Assembly (NCBI RefSeq): GCF_037042905.1
Contig: NC_087251.1
Coordinates: forward strand, 47,184,001-47,244,000
Length of the DNA: 60,000 bases
Source of the DNA: Lytechinus pictus
Taxonomy: Eukaryota
Direction of reading: 5' to 3'
Numbering within the stretch: the first letter of the stretch is position 1; each line of letters begins with the position of its first letter. The position numbers and the translations under genes were made by a program. Shown piece after piece: positions 39,801-53,860 of the stretch. Under the pieces are notes generated by a model. The model searched no databases, was not told the origin of the DNA, and worked only from the letters and a program-made list of their open reading frames with translations.

Positions 39801-42800
39801 GATGCTATTGATTCCTTTAAATAATTAACAAATATACTCTCCTTAAGCACTAGTGGATCCTTTTGAGAGGCACAATTAGAATTTGTGGATGTAGAAATGC
39901 TGTTAAAACAGAAGTGTGCCCCTCCACCTTTTTGAAAGTGAAGACATCTTTTTTTTCCCCTTTTTTTTTTGCTTGTAAAAATTTTCCTCGCGGAAAATGT
40001 GTCCCCCTTTTGGAAAATCCTGGATCTGCCCTTGTCCTCAAGATCTGTGACTGAGTGCAAACTTACTTATTCGATCCCAGGCATTTTAATAGCAAGAGAC
40101 TATGGCCATCGGTGCCCATATTACTGACCACAATACCCTCTTTCTTTTAATAAATTTGGGAACACTGTTAATTTGTGCTTTCTAGTCTGGCTGTGGTGCC
40201 ATTTCCTTATAAATTTGATTTTAAATTATCAATTACATGCCATTTGAAAGGTTATATTTGAGCCCCCTCTCTGGCATTGGTGCCCTCAGCTGCCTGGCCT
40301 AATGCATTTCCATCTTCACAGCTCGTTCAATTTCTTCTTGTTAAATAAAGTGTAGCAATTGGCCTGCCTTCTGAAGTCTTGTTTAACTTAAAACATTGGT
40401 AGCCAAAAATATCAGAAATTCATTTAAATCTCTTTTTCAAATGTTTATTTTGGTGTTTCCCCGTGTTGTAATGGTGAAGAAAAACAATTTTAATTCTTAT
40501 TTCCTCAAATTTATGACTGATAGGAGTGTCAAATGAGCTGAAAAGTTGAATCTTCAAACCATACTGTTATAGATTTATGTCACAATTTGCTATCCATAGT
40601 TAAACTATGACTTCAGATCAGAATTTATTTCAAAATCTAGTTCAAAATACGGGCCTATATTTATTCACATGATCGGCTTTTTATTCATCATGTGGTTACA
40701 TAGCAAAATAACATACCTTTGAAGTAGTGATTCCTGCAGAATGTAAGGAATTCATGTGGTACATTCTGACGACACCATCTTCAGATCCAAGTAGTAGACT
40801 AGTGTTGCTGTGTCTTTATGATGGAGGAGAAAAATAAAGATAAGCATTACATACGTGTATTGTGGTATGAAATTATCGAAGGATGTCATTCAGAAATTAA
40901 CGCTAATTTCAAGTTGTCATTTCCGTATCCTAGATTGACCAAAAACATTAAACTTTATTAAAGCATGTATTTTGATTATAACATGCATGTAGTATAGCCG
41001 GTATGCCTAAATTTCTCCATTTCCATATAGTTCAATCCAGAATTAGCAATAACTCTGAGAACAGTTTTGAAGATCAAGGTGATTTTTCTTTCATTGTAAT
41101 TGTGGCAAGTTGCTGCATAGTGTGATAAAGCCAACTATTGTGAAAAAACCTATAAGAAAACCGATTAAGGCTGAAAATATACTGAATACTGCCCACCTAA
41201 ATAAGCATGTTCATGTTTTAATATACAAGTACATCTTAAAAGTTAAATTATGGCCTGTTTTACTGATAGCATCCCTTTCTTATTTTGCTCATTACCGAGT
41301 AATGAACCAGAGTATGATAGACATAACCATCTGCTCTTGGAAATTAATTTATCATTACTAAAAATATCTATTTCATTTCATCATTAAAGACATTATTGCA
41401 TAATGAGGAATTATGAAAATGTCAGTATTGATAGAATCATTTAGGCGATAATAGTACTGTAATGCAAACACTTTATGGTTACTTTATTTGATTCTGTTAG
41501 AATTAATATCATGATTGTTACCATAGCTGAATAATTTGTATTCATGATTTCAACCAGGTGCGCAAAAAGTTTCACATGTATATATGTTGCTCTCTCCAAC
41601 ATTAATGATCATTACCTTCTATTGACATGACTAAGTTCCACTTATCAACAATGCCAATATGACAAATATGAAGTTATCATTGATCATAATCATATTAATT
41701 ATGATCAAGACATAATTATTAATCCCCCACCATCATTCATCATGCATCATCAATCATCACCAAATAATTTGAATCAATTTTTAATGTCAATTATCATCAT
41801 CATTATTCAATCACCATCATCCACTCATTCTATGAACAAGGCTATCTGACATCAGTCATCATCAGTTTCAGTTTCAGTTTCAGTTTTACTCTGACAAGAA
41901 CACGAGGAAGCCTTTCGGGGAAAGAATATCGAAATTACCCGAGCCTCTCCAATATGAAATTGAGGATATGTACTCGTATACTTTTATACCTTTTTGGCAT
42001 TATCGGTCACCAATAATATCCATGGAGATATCGGATTATATATCGAAAAGTGACAATTTAACATTCCAGAAACAAACAAGTCTTGAATTAATACACAAGA
42101 AGTGGTATAACTTCTTACAAATCTTCACTGATGGTTCGAAGTCTCCTGAAACTGGAAAAGCAGCAGCAGCATTTCATGTACCCTATTACAAATATATATA
42201 TTCAATGAGACTCCAAGATAATACATCGTCTTATAGATCAGAGCTTGCAGCGATTATACTAGCATTAAATTGGTTGAACCAATTACCCAGTCTTTATACA
42301 GGAGCGGTAGTGTTTTGTGATTCACTCAGCGCACTAGAGGCAATCAAAACTAAAAAAGAAACTAACTTTGTGAATGAAATTCTGTTAATGTATACACAAT
42401 TGTATAATAAAGGAATAACAGTGTATTTTGAATGGATCCCAAGTCATTGTGATATCAGGAACAATGAGGTGGCGGATATCGCAGCCAAAAAAGGTTTACG
42501 GCACAGCCAAATTGATGTAAATAACAAAATTAGTAAGCATGAATCAAACTGCATTCTTAAAATGTACTTTACACAAGTATGGCAAAAAAAATGGGATGAA
42601 ACATTATCCCCTTTGAAGGACATTCAAAAATCAGTTTCGAAAACTTTCAAATGTGTTCTAAACCAGAGATATAGCACATCTATTTTACATTGTCTCCGAA
42701 TGAACAATATTGATCTTAACGAGAATAGACGGCTTGTTAACAACCACGAAACAGGTCTATGCTCATTCTGTGCTGTGCCGGAAACAACTCTCCACTATCT

Positions 42801-44054
42801 CACAAAATGTCCCGAATACTCACAAGAAAGGGAAAAGCTCTTACTTGAAATAAATAAAAGTGAATTGGATATAAAGAGAATTCTCAATTCAGCAGAGTAC
42901 TCGCATCAAAAAGCCTTGGTATCCTTCGTAAGAAGGACCCAAAGATTCACATAGTATATTCGAGTCGTTTTAACATATTGTTAATTGAAATAATTGAACG
43001 TTGTATTTAGTTCCATTCATGTATGAATCTCATGTTTGATGACTCTTATAAACCCATGTTGGGGAAAAATAATTATATACGTGTTGATATGAATGCATTA
43101 CACATATTATGTCTTTTGTATGATCTTATCAATTTGTAAATATCTGATTTATTGAACAAACTATGAGATGTGAAAATTAACCCAATGCACGATAATTGCA
43201 CAAGACTCAGAACGTTTGTTTTGTCTCGAACCTAACCATTTGTACTAACTTTGATTTTCGAAAATCGGATGAAGGAGATCATTTCGTCAACAGACATCAC
43301 ACAGCCTTGACTGGTATTGGGGGGGCCTAAGGCTACGCATGCGCATCATGCAGTAGCTGAGAAACCTGATCAATGTACCGATCCGGGCTTGGCCAGATAA
43401 TACATCTAAAGAGGTTAAGTGATTTGTGATGACAGTCTGTTGTGATCCTCCAAAATTGCGCGAATAATGCAGCGCTCTACCTTCCTTTTTACTGAATTGA
43501 TTCAAGTACAGAAAAGTTATAAATAAAATTACCGCAAATTATGCTGGCGCAAATATTCACTACTGAATGACACGCGCCGTATAAGCTAAAACAACAACAA
43601 CAACAACATCATCATCATCACCCCCCCCCCCCCCCCCCCTCTCATGAGTCATACTCATACTTTATACTTATAGCTCATTTTCCTTTCCATTTCTGAGTTT
43701 TCATCTCGGAGTCGGAGCTGGCAGCCGCATAGACCATAGTTGTGGCCTTGCACTATGCAGCAAACTTGCATCCCCGTCGCGTCGCCATCGTACAGTTGCA
43801 GACTTGCAGTTGCAGTCCATAGTCTTTTCATCTAGTGAGATACTCTGTATCGGTCCGGTTTAACGTTACAGCTTACACCTACCGCAGTATGTGGGGCACA
43901 CGTTACAAATCCGGACTTCGTTATATGTTCACATTTAGAACTTGAAAATAAATCGTATTTCTATTTACCTAAACGTACGCCCGACCAGGAGTGTGTTGAA
44001 GCTTTCCTTCACTTGAAGATTCCAAAGGGGTTGTATTTCAATTTTGAAAGGCAT
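33889..44054 (-). CDS. Uncharacterised ~350-aa predicted beta-propeller (WD40/FG-GAP-like) protein. Exons 43969-44054, 40717-40813, 39201-39396, 38214-38332, 36928-37089, 35533-35658, 34751-34888, 33889-34017
   Basis: Eight GT-AG exons join in frame (1053 nt) from ATG to TGA. Repeated blade-like motifs: LLLGSEDGVVRMY, LITADSRGMITIF, IVAGDVEGQVHSV, ILASDRAKNLHFI, VALGGEDGTISIM, VVIGCRDKQITAI. Family not recognised. Confidence 0.8.
34978..35136. mobile_element. Short GGG...CCC palindromic MITE with a central CCAAT. Related elements at ~7044, 7525, 17720, 18254, 25402, 39645 and 58231
   Basis: GGGTCCCGTTGCA...TGCAACGGGGCCC; the internal CAGCCAAT.AAAATCAAGGATTCCAT is shared with the copy at ~25456. 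Confidence 0.6.
35675..36567 (+). mobile_element. Probable solo LTR (~893 bp)
   Basis: TGTTA...TAACA termini, AAAT 4-bp TSD on both sides, TATATAA at ~36026 and AATAAA at ~36519. Confidence 0.6.
41885..43609 (+). mobile_element. 5'-truncated I-group (Nimb/Ingi/I-like) LINE in intron 1 of the beta-propeller gene
   Basis: Intact ORF2 C-terminus, ~650-bp 3' UTR and (AAC)n tail, inserted in ATC-rich sequence. Confidence 0.85.
41968..42954 (+). CDS. LINE ORF2 fragment: RNase H plus CCHC zinc knuckle (transposon-derived, no RT domain)
   Basis: IFTDGSK, SSYRSELAAI, VFCDSLSAL, EWIPSHCDIRNNEVADIAAK, and CSFC...HYLTKC. Confidence 0.85.
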   Translation: MYSYTFIPFWHYRSPIISMEISDYISKSDNLTFQKQTSLELIHKKWYNFLQIFTDGSKSPETGKAAAAFHVPYYKYIYSMRLQDNTSSYRSELAAIILALNWLNQLPSLYTGAVVFCDSLSALEAIKTKKETNFVNEILLMYTQLYNKGITVYFEWIPSHCDIRNNEVADIAAKKGLRHSQIDVNNKISKHESNCILKMYFTQVWQKKWDETLSPLKDIQKSVSKTFKCVLNQRYSTSILHCLRMNNIDLNENRRLVNNHETGLCSFCAVPETTLHYLTKCPEYSQEREKLLLEINKSELDIKRILNSAEYSHQKALVSFVRRTQRFT

Positions 44055-47000
44055 TTTCTAGCTCTCTTAGATGTCGCGGCACTTCCGAAAAAATCTTGCT
44101 AGTTGTGCCTGAAAATAAGACTAGTGGTGTTAAAAAAAAGCAAACAAACAACCAAAGCTTTGACTCTCAGAAAAAGAAAAAGACATCTCCTTGTATGTTG
44201 CTGGGGTTTCTTTCTTTCTTTCTTTCTTTGCAAAAGAGGGAGAGAAGCTAGAATAACTTAATAGTTATGAAAAAAAATAATTGAAACAAAATTAAAATAA
44301 TAAAATAACCATCCAAGTGTATTGACACTTCCCCTCTTTTTGTATTTGCTGGACTTCATGTTGAAGGCTCTTTCTCCTATAAGGCAAGTGTCAATCGACT
44401 GACTCAGAGTCACAAAGAGGAGGAAGAGCTTCCTCCCATAAGGGCCCCCTTTTTATTTTCCATGTATAGGTAGGTTAAAGGCGTTTGTCCCCTGGAAAGA
44501 TCAAACCTCAAGATGTTGATGGATCTGAATCCAACGACGGGACAGTTGTAACCCCGTAACTCTGGTACGGGTGTGGGAGGGGGCTCTTCTTTCTTTGCCT
44601 GTCTCTCTTTCAGTCATTTCAAATCAGTTTTTTCTATCTTATCACTTCTTGATCACAGAAATCCTCTCTCTCTCTCTCTACGTTCTTTACTTTACGGGTC
44701 AATATAACCCCAGAAAATATATCTTAGGCCACTGAGATTATTGGAATTGTAACTCATCTATATAAAAAAAAATGCTGAATTTATCACAAATGATGCTTGG
44801 TACACTGAGAATTCAAAGTACCTAAAAACTTGTTAAAACGTTATCCCCTCTTGTTAGAGTGTTTTCTTTTATACAATATCTCATAGATCTTCGATCAACA
44901 ACCTTATCGTTTTCGGGATGTAACCCCCATATTGTTTGCTAATATCTTATTCCTCAGGTTTTTTTTGTTTCGTATGTATTTAAAAAAAAATTCTTTAATA
45001 GAAAAAAGGAATGAATATAAAAGAAATAAAAACACAATAAAAATTAATAATAATACTTAATAAAAATTATACAGTGTTTACAGTATTATATAGTGTGTGG
45101 CAAAAATAGTCAATCATGACTTATTGCCAAATAAAACCAAGGGATGGAATGGAATGGACTGTGTCAGAGAAACGAAAAAATTATCCTCTTTTTTTTTTTT
45201 TGGGGGGGAATATAGTTTTAAAATATAACAGAGACGAAACAAACCACATTAGACTAGGTGCCATACATCTATAAGAGGAGTTTATCCATGGACCCTACTA
45301 AAAAGTAAAATTCAAATATTTATTTATTTCTTTTTTTTTTCTTCTTCTTTTTTTTTCTTTTCTATTTCCTTTTTTAAGGTACCTACTAGGATTTATAAAG
45401 TCAAGTAGGTGTGTCACAAAAATTAAAACCAGGGCTGTTACTGAAAATATGCTTAGACATATACTAGTAAAACTAGTATGGAGATGACAGAGAAAGAAAT
45501 GAGGAATTAGCTCCAATCCTACACCCGTATCGGAATATGGGGATACTTCTGTGAAGTTCTGTCCCGTTAATGTGAACAGATGCATCCATTAGCCTAATTA
45601 AAGAGTTATTTTATTATCGTTTACCGTTCGAAGTTCAAACCGTTTGTTAAAACTTTTACTTATCTGATACGAATTAAGATGGTTGATGTCAGATTGGCCG
45701 ATCCGTATTACGTGCATTATGGCATGCAGGGGGGCGGTCGCCTCCCAAAAAAACTTCCTCAAAAAGAAAAAAAGGGGAGGAGAAAAAGAAAAAGCGAAGA
45801 GAAAAAGGAAAGAAGGGTATAGCTTTATTGTTTATCCTTCCCTTTTGGCAAATGAATAAAACCCTAAACGAGACGTTCTTCTCTCACACAAAATTTTTAT
45901 TCCGCGCTCTGCGCGGCAAAAAATATTGAAATTGCCTTTTCCCTTAATTCGTTTCCCACAACTTTCTTCTACTCCCTTTTTCCTATGGGACTCTTGTATT
46001 TCTTTCCATAAATAAAGTATACACGTTGGTGTAAAGTATGAAAAGTATATATTTTTTTAATTGCATTGCGGGTAAACACTACCGCCACTCCCTGTATCTG
46101 CTCAAAGGGACAGGCATTTTAAGCCGTGCTATATGCACAAGTGTATACGATGAAACTTTATTCTATATCGCTGCACAGGAATTGTTACAAATTGCTCAAT
46201 CTTTTCCCATTGTAAGGGCGCTCATAAATTATTTCCTAAACAATTTTTTTAACACAGCAAGCCAATTGAAGATGAATTTATAAGGGTACTAGAGACGCAA
46301 GAGATGTCTTCTTCTGATTTGAATTTGATAAGACATCGAAAACTTCGCGCTTCGCGCGGAAATGGGGAGGGACTCCCCCTCCCTGTACATTTCCCCTAGA
46401 GAACGCGCTCTGTAAGTGTTGACATGCTTCATTTGGCATATAAAGCAAACGTGAGGCATACTTACGTGCACTTCATAACATATCCTTAATTGACTCCTGT
46501 CCCCTTTTCTAAAGTTCAACCGCAGCATAGCCATAATTTCTAAATTTTGAGGGGGGCGGTAAGTGCAAAAATGCATAAGAATATTTCCATTATCCTTTGT
46601 CGCGCGAAACGCGGAAGCTAAATGGGATTTATCAAAACGCCCCATATGTTATGCAAAATAAAATGCATAATTTTTTATTTTTTTTAAATAGCTCATGATG
46701 ACTAAACATTTTCTTCTTTTAGGAGCAGGTGTGAAATATTTTCCCTGTTGATATACTGAAGGCACAAAAAAAAACATTTTCATTTTTTGTGAGAAAATTA
46801 AATTAAATTGATTTTTTTTAAATTCACGATACATGCGAAGCTGCATGGTCGCATGATTATGACGTTACAAATACAAAAATATAGAATTCTGATAATTTTG
46901 ATGGATTTCCCTCAAAACTTCACCACTATTTTTAATTATTTTTCTGCTTTTTTTACAATAAACTTTTTCTCTGGGTGAATTTCCCCTTTGAACATCTTTA

Positions 47001-48279
47001 GCGCAAAACAGAGGAAGTCGGTAATGCAGGGCGAAGATAATCCTTCCGGCGCATGTCTTAAAATATCCGATGTTTCAAAGTACGAATGTTTCATCAAAGT
47101 TAATGCAGATATCTCTTTAACCTTCACCCCCTATAATTCAATTGCTTTTTTTATTTTTATTATTAAACATGATTACAAGGGAAATAGATCGGAAAAATTA
47201 GGAAACCTTTGTGATTCACTATCGAAATTTTGAAGAAAAAAAAACATGATGTGGAATTAAGAAAATATATATGAATCTAAATATAGAGAGAGAGAAAAAA
47301 AGAGAAAAACTCACAATGCTACTCTTTTCCCCTCTCCTCTCTTCGCTTTTCATTTTCTCCTCTTATCATCCTGTTTTTTATCTTTTGGGGAATTTTTTTC
47401 TCTCCCACCGGTCCATGGCTACTCGCCTGCTGAAGTTGGTGTTAATTATGTCACTAACAACCTAGTTATAGTCAAACTCATGAAAAATCTATTATCTATA
47501 ACTTTTTGTTCGAAGATACCAATACCACATAGAATATTATCACTTGATCTTAGGTTCTGTTTTTTACTAAATGAAATTAATGTAGGCCAACCCGTTCACC
47601 CCGGGCAGTAACAACTGTATTAAGACTCAATTGCTTTTACCTCTTCGAAGCGGTCGTATAAATACACCTATTAACAAAAAGAAGAATAAACTTTGTCGTT
47701 TGAAAGGAGTAAACATGGACAATGCCAAGTCTTTTACTTTCTAGATCACCTTCACTAAGTACCCAAAATCATGTTGGTTTCCAAGCTTTAATCGTAATGC
47801 AATATAATTCATTATGCTCTTCATAATCCTTATACATGTATTACGTTAAGATATAAATGTTAAGCGCTTAGAAACTACTGTAATAAGCGCTATATAAATG
47901 TACATTATTATTATTATTAATCACTCTTTTCATTCAAGCTCTTTACAGGAAAATACTTAAAATATTTTTATCATGTAGCATAATTTCCCCGGATGATTTC
48001 TTCAAGTAGGCATTTGGGTTGAAATAATATTCTATAGTTGAAATGCTTGTTTATTTGTCTTAGGAACTTTTACAACCTAATTCAATCCTGTTATTTTTTC
48101 TTTGAAAGTTGATATCATTTTGATGCATTTTTTCTTCTTAAAGTGGCTAAAAGTTCTAAATTTTTTGAACCCCGCATCACTCACATTAAAAATACATTGT
48201 TACGTAAAGTCAATACAAGAATTTAATGGTTTCCAACTGTCTTCGTATGATTTTATGATTTTTTTTTTACTTCAAATTT

Positions 48280-49235
48280 TCAGTTTCAGTTTGATTTATT
48301 TTCATTTCAACCCAAGTCAATTTAACAGTAAAAGAAATCATTACAAAGAAATAAATGAATATACAATTATATACAGTATGACATAGATAAATAAATATTT
48401 ACAAGAGACACTAAACAATATGATAATCATATTAATAATGATATTTACAATGAACTAGATAATCATAATAATAACTGTAGACTATTCATGATAAAGCATT
48501 TTGCATATAATTTATTTTATTCATCTTTATTCAACTTTACCTCAAAAGAATAAGTTAAAAGACAGATTTGTAGGTATAGGTATAAATGCAAGAACGAGAA
48601 AAGAAAAAAAATCCTAAAAAGCTATTGTGATGGATGGAGTACGGAAATGATGGATGGAAAGTGAAAGAAATTTAACCGAGAAGAAAGACTGGTGCACCTG
48701 TGTGGATGAAAGAGAAAGAAAGAGAAAAAAATAAGGGTGATGGCAGATGAAAGGGAAGGACAAAGAGGAAGGAAGAGAGAGAGAGAGAAAGAGAGAGGTT
48801 GGGTCTTGAGCGCTCAATTGGGGCTTACTCTATAAGATTCGAGAATGTGCTTTTTTAGCTTGATTTTAAAGCAATTCAGACTAACGGAGTTAATGATGTC
48901 GTGACTGAGTGTATTCCAGTATTTAGGACCGTAAAAGGAAATTGTTTTTTGTGCAAGTAGAGTGCGGGTACGGGGAAGGTGAAAACGGAGGGATTGTCTT
49001 GTTGGGTAATTGTGAATGGCGTTATTTTTTGTATACATGTTAATTAATATGTTTGGCAGTTCGTTTGAATTCAATTTGTACATGAATTGCCCTGTTTGAC
49101 AAAGAAATAGATCTGGAAGTTTTATAATATTCGACTTGTAAAATAAATTGTTAGTATGAGAACGAGGAGGAGCATTATGTATAATTCTTATAATGTTCTT
49201 TTGTATGATGAAAATTTTGTCTGTAAGATATATTT
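48280..49235 (-). mobile_element. L2/Crack-type LINE 3' fragment
   Basis: ...IQKNIIRII...SHTNNLF...HNYPTRQ...FYGPKYWNTL...FKIKLKKHIL; pyrimidine-rich 3' UTR, AATAAA and a (TGAAAC)-like tail. Confidence 0.8.
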
Positions 49236-52200
49236 CCTATACATGGCCTTTTCCCCATTTCTATAATGTATTTCTTGTTTTTGCTTAAAAATCGACTCAC
49301 ACGCAAGAACTATTTGCAGAAAAAACACAATTGCTTTTAAGTTCTTTTAACATGTTGTGGCATTTCTGTCGAGATTTCTATGTGATTCCTCTCAATTTCA
49401 CATTCCCCCCCCCCCCCATTGTCTCTATATATAACGCGCATTAAAAACAAAAACCATTTTAGGCACAAAAAAAAGAAAGAATACAATGTTATTATTGCAC
49501 AACCATGACGTCTATGGGGACGGAGAATGAAAACAAATATCGGACACGAACTAATTGAATGTCGAATCGGATATTCTTCTCTTTGGGCACTCTTGAAGAA
49601 ACAGTGTAAGCGAATTACGTCATTCAATATACATTTGTCATGCCTGTTATACATATATATATTTCATCTATTTTCCTGGGGTGTTTTTTTCTAAAATTTT
49701 CTTCTGTTCTTGATATGTACTAGTCTCAGGAAGTTTAATGTTTATTGGTCATACAATGCTATAGCCTATATGTTCTTTTTGCCCCCTCCGAAAAAAAGGA
49801 AAAAAGGGTTCCTGTAATTATTACTTTACACGTTTTGGAGCACAAAAATAAGTATTCTTTATTCTATAATGAAATACGTGTATACACAAATAATGTTGGT
49901 CTGTGTCATTATAATCATTGTATATAGAAACAAAGTATTCTTAAAAAATTGTGAATATTATCAATTTCTTATTAATTTCTTATTAACCTGAATGATATGC
50001 TTATTCGTGCATTATGTATAGAAGCACAAGCTTCAGATAGATGAAGTGTTGGGCGCTACAGGGGGGGGGGGGCAGGGGCGGACGCCCCCTTTGGTTATTC
50101 AAGTAGTGGGGGATTAACAAATTAGGAAGAAAGGGGGAGGAAAGAAACGAGGAGGAAAGAGTAAAGCAACTAGAGGTCTAAGTCGCGTAACTGCATGTAT
50201 ATCACAATACCCCTATAATTCAATTAAGAAAAATTGACGTCACATTTAGCTCGTTTTGTCCTCTCCCATCAAAATATCTTAACGCCACCCCTGAAGCAGG
50301 AAGAGAGAGAGGGAGAGAGACAGGGGGAAGGGGAGAGAGGGAGATGTAGAGGGGGAGGGCCGAACCGGGATGGGGGGTGGGAACAGTGAACATGGGGAAG
50401 GGATGTCAGATTTATATGGTCAACTATTTGTACTGCATTTTGGAAGTCTATTTCCTCTTTGTTTTTACACCATTCGGTTGACTGATTACGCCGTTTCCAA
50501 AAGTGACGATGTCCATCTTTAATCACTTTTAAAAAGTAATCTAGAGTTTTATGGGGCTATTGATTTCCATTAAGAAGTTGCGAGAGGACTGCCTGGGCAG
50601 GTCACCGTGACCTTTTCCTTTGGTATATGCCCGTTGTAGCAGAAGTCTTTATTTCCTCTATAAGGAAATTGAATTGTGGTCCAGTAAGTTCATTTGACAG
50701 TGTGCGCCCCTGATCACGCAATGTTTACATTACACAAAATACAGAGATGAAATTTAAGGTTGAAAATTAAGGATTGATAAAGATTTGTTTCTCATATTGG
50801 ATGGAGGTGAATTTGAAATTAAATTTATCGAGATTAAAAGAAAATAAATAATTTTCAGTGTATAATCTTCTCATTTATTTACATGCCCTTTTATCTATGG
50901 CTGAATAATGTATGAACACGCTACCCCAACTAACCAATAAAATAAAAAAAACGAAAATAAACGAAAGATGAGGGACATGACCATCGAATCTCAAAAGAAG
51001 GATGAAGGTAATGGTGTGCATGACGTTTTTTGTTAATTATTGACATTCGTTAGACACAGTGATCATTTCACATGATTGCGGGGTCCATCGATAATGTTAC
51101 AAGAAAGGGCGAGTGACCGAGAGGGGGGGGGGGAGAGATGAGAGGAGAGAAGAGGTAATCTCACAACGAATCTCTGAAGTGAACTTCCAAGGTACCAACT
51201 ATTCTTCATCAGCCACGGGAATTCGTCACATGAATCATGGTGATGCCAACACAGTTCTCCATGAATAAGCCAATATCAGAAGAAGACCAAAGAAATAAAA
51301 CATCCACAAAATATCACTGGATTTTGTCTTGAGAGGAATGCCAGGTAAAATACAATATAAAATAATTCATAAATTATTATCTTCTTTTTATTTTTGCCCT
51401 TTTATATCATGGGACGTTGGTTTTATTTTTGTATCGAACATAGTGTAAGAAAACGGGACCACAATCATGTCCATATATTTAGCTAGTCAGCTACTGTTTT
51501 CTGGTGATACAACGTGAGATAATTTCCAAAATAAAATTCGATTTCTTTTTAATTTAAAGAGATATATATATATAACAACTTTTAAAGACAAAGAGAGTTG
51601 TCACTTATTGCATCTGTTAGACTGACATCAGACATTCTGTCTACTTCACATTTTCTATTTAAAACCACCCAAACAACGTTACGCGTGTAAACCATTACAG
51701 AGGTATGAAAGAGATCCACCAAGGCAGCTTTCTAATTCCTTCATTTAAACTACCACGTTTCCGTATCTGAAGGTAATCTTCAAACCGTCACTTCAAATCA
51801 ATGGCATCTTCGCTAGCCTATCCGTCTGGCATTTGGCGGGAAAATAATAAATACCCGAGAGCGTCTGTCTGTTGAAACGGTCGGTATCAACTGTAAATGC
51901 TAGGAAAAGGCCTGGAAGCATCAGCTTTTACAACTTTTGCGGTTGCTTTACGCCATGTGAGGGATATTCGAGAAAAAATCCATTACTGTGCGACTGTATT
52001 TGCGCGTCTTTTTCCACCTTTTCCTGTATATGTCTGCAGTTATTTAAAATAATTAAATCCTCCCACGTATGGAAAATAGTTATCTGCATATCTCTCAAAG
52101 AGTGCCATCTTTATTTTTCCTTTGGATATTGACTTCGATTATTCTTTGAAAATCCTTAAATGCTCTGAACGTTTGAATGTGCCTTACTCTTTAGTATTAT

Positions 52201-52712
52201 CATAATCTTAAACCTCTTCGATGTCGCCATCTATACTTTTGCAAACGGTTGTGTTGTTCTCATGTAATATATGATATTTTATTTCATATGCAGTTTGTAA
52301 TATGTTAACGTTTTTCTATATTCAATTAGTCCAGACATGCATTGCAGACACATTAAAATTACTCAGATATTTTGAGTACATTATTTATTTACAACAAAAT
52401 CATATCCATATCCTACAGTTTAAATCGGTTATTAAACCTTTTTTTCATTTCACCTACCACTTTCTCTTGCTTTGCTATATAATGTTCCTTTGAATCTGTC
52501 TTAGCGTTTGTTTGGCTTAAAACAATTAAAAATCATATCTGTTCATTTCCAACAGAAAGCACAAATACATTACATATTAAAATTTCAGAACATTAATATT
52601 GATTATTTTATTTTGGGTGTTACTAACGATATGATGCTAATTCTGATAGTGTCTGTTACAAATGAATTACCGCCTTTAACCTTCTCAATGACAAAGGTTC
52701 TCGTGTATCCGT

Positions 52713-52985
52713 GGGCGCCTCGTGGTCTAGTGGTTCTGACTCTCGCCTTTCAAACAGAGGGTCGTGGGTTCGAATCCTAGCAATGGCGTGTTTTCCTTCA
52801 GCAAAAAATGTATCAACACTGTGCTGCACTCGACCCAGGTGAGGTGAATGGGTACCCGGCAGCATTATTTCCTTGAATTAAGTGAGCGCCGGTGATGGTA
52901 GATCAAGCTAAAGCTGGGGTAATGATAGTAGCGCTTTGTATCCTCAGGCAGAAAGTGCTTATAAATTGTTATTATCATTATTATT
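52713..52985 (+). mobile_element. tRNA-derived SINE
   Basis: Box A TGGTCTAGTGG, box B GGTTCGAATCC, central GACCCAGGTGAGGTGAATGGGTACC (a fragment also lies at ~8870-8925 on the minus strand), and an (ATT)n tail. Confidence 0.85.
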
Positions 52986-53786
52986 TTCTCAAAGAAACTT
53001 CTGTACATTCTTCCAATCCCCTCTCGTCTCCCTGTCTCCCTCTCTCTTTCTCTCTGTTTCTCTCTCTCCCCCCCTGCATCACCCTCTGATTACTTCTTAT
53101 CTCTTCTTTCTGCAATCTGTACATATTGTAATGTACTTTGAAAAAACCCACCTTGTTTAAGTTCTTTAAAATATAGGTTTTTGGGTGTCATAAAGGGGAG
53201 GGGGTGAATATGGTTTGAATAAATCACAGTCATTCTTTCTTTTATAAGAATTTTTATCAATCAGACTGTAATGATTCTAATACAATTATTGATTAATTGT
53301 TTCGTTGACTGATTGATACAAAGCTATTGTTTCTGGAAATCGTTGTCATATTTATTAAAAACAGAAAAAAAATATGAAATGCAATGTCGAGCTAAAACTT
53401 ACAATCTAATTCTGTAAGATGGAAGAGAATGTGTGTGTGTGTGGGTATTTGGGTTCATGCGTACAAAACATGGGTTCTTGTGTGTGAATAATTATGATTG
53501 CAAGTTTAATTTCATTCCAGTGGATGTACAGTTTCATGTTGGTGTGCGCAATAATGGGTGTGGGAGTCATGTTGGTGTTGGGGTGTGTGCGGGGTTATAG
53601 TGTTAAAATCTGTAAGGGTGATTGTGTTCAAGGTATGTGTGAGAGTGGGATGGGCATGTGGATGATGGTGGAAATCAGAGGATGGTGAATGGACTTTATA
53701 CCTATTATTCAAGTTATATATACTTTTTCTTGTTACATGGAAAAATATAGATGAAATTCCCTGTGGAGGTATGCAGGTTCATAAAT

Positions 53787-53789
<3 letters not shown>

Positions 53790-53860
<71 letters not shown>
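53790..53860. repeat. (TA)n microsatellite
   Basis: Directly visible. Confidence 0.95.

Noticed and set aside
52713..52790. tRNA gene
   Set aside because: The acceptor stem does not close, and the sequence continues into a SINE body and tail.
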